Assembly: GCF_001194135.2 (NCBI RefSeq)
Contig: NC_068981.1
Location: 149,751,617-149,815,616 of the forward strand
DNA: 64,000 nucleotides
Source of the DNA: Octopus bimaculoides
Taxonomy: Eukaryota
Reading direction: 5' to 3'
A program made the translations under genes and the position numbers. This document shows positions 63,829-64,000 of the stretch, in pieces; positions within the stretch are counted from its first letter, which is position 1; each line of letters begins with the position of its first letter. Below the pieces are notes generated by a model. That model did no database searches. It had not been told where the DNA came from and worked only from the letters and a program-made list of their open reading frames with translations.

Positions 63829-64000
63829 GGCGGAGGTGTGGCTGTGTGGTAAGTAGCTTGCTTACCAACCACATGGTTCCGGGTTCTGTCCCACTGCGTG
63901 GCACCTTGGGCAAGTGACTTTTATTATAGCCTCGGGCCGACCAAAGCCTTGTGAGTGGATTTGATAGATGGAAACTGAAAAAAGCCCGTCTCATATATGT
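63829..64000 (+). mobile_element. SINE family B head and body, running off the window
   Basis: ggcggaggtgtggctgtgtggtaagtagcttgcttaccaaccacatggttccgggttctgtcccactgcgtggcaccttgggcaagtg..gggccgaccaaagccttgtgagtggatttg. Confidence 0.85.

Overview
AT-rich, repeat-dense eukaryotic DNA from a gapped draft assembly, with 13 N-runs, nearly all inside microsatellites. The two abundant tRNA-derived SINE families and the microsatellite load resemble octopus (coleoid cephalopod) genomic DNA; this is recollection-based inference, not a database result. I found no host protein-coding gene I can identify, so the window looks intronic or intergenic, and almost all ORFs in the supplied track are microsatellite, gap or decayed-transposon artefacts. 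Recognisable content is mostly mobile-element debris: two Penelope-like elements (one with RT plus GIY-YIG), four fragments of R4/Dong-type RLE LINEs, RTE and Jockey/CR1-group LINE remnants, a Gypsy LTR-PBS-gag fragment, a DD37D (maT) Tc1/mariner element, a mariner remnant, a hAT transposase, a Helitron helicase, two hairpin MITEs and many SINEs. The most interesting signals are (i) three type-I hammerhead-ribozyme-like motifs with palindromic stem III (33337-33371 +, 54297-54371 +, 59932-59968 -), two of them in related repeats with compensatory stem-I changes; (ii) a 259-bp chimeric insertion with an 8-bp TSD inside the hAT transposase that carries one hammerhead plus a perfect copy of a local 99-bp segment; (iii) a near-perfect 247-bp foldback abutting the Helitron; and (iv) an R4/Dong LINE sitting in a (TAA)n tract with an in-frame (GAA)n expansion. 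All calls are by eye and element boundaries are approximate unless stated otherwise.
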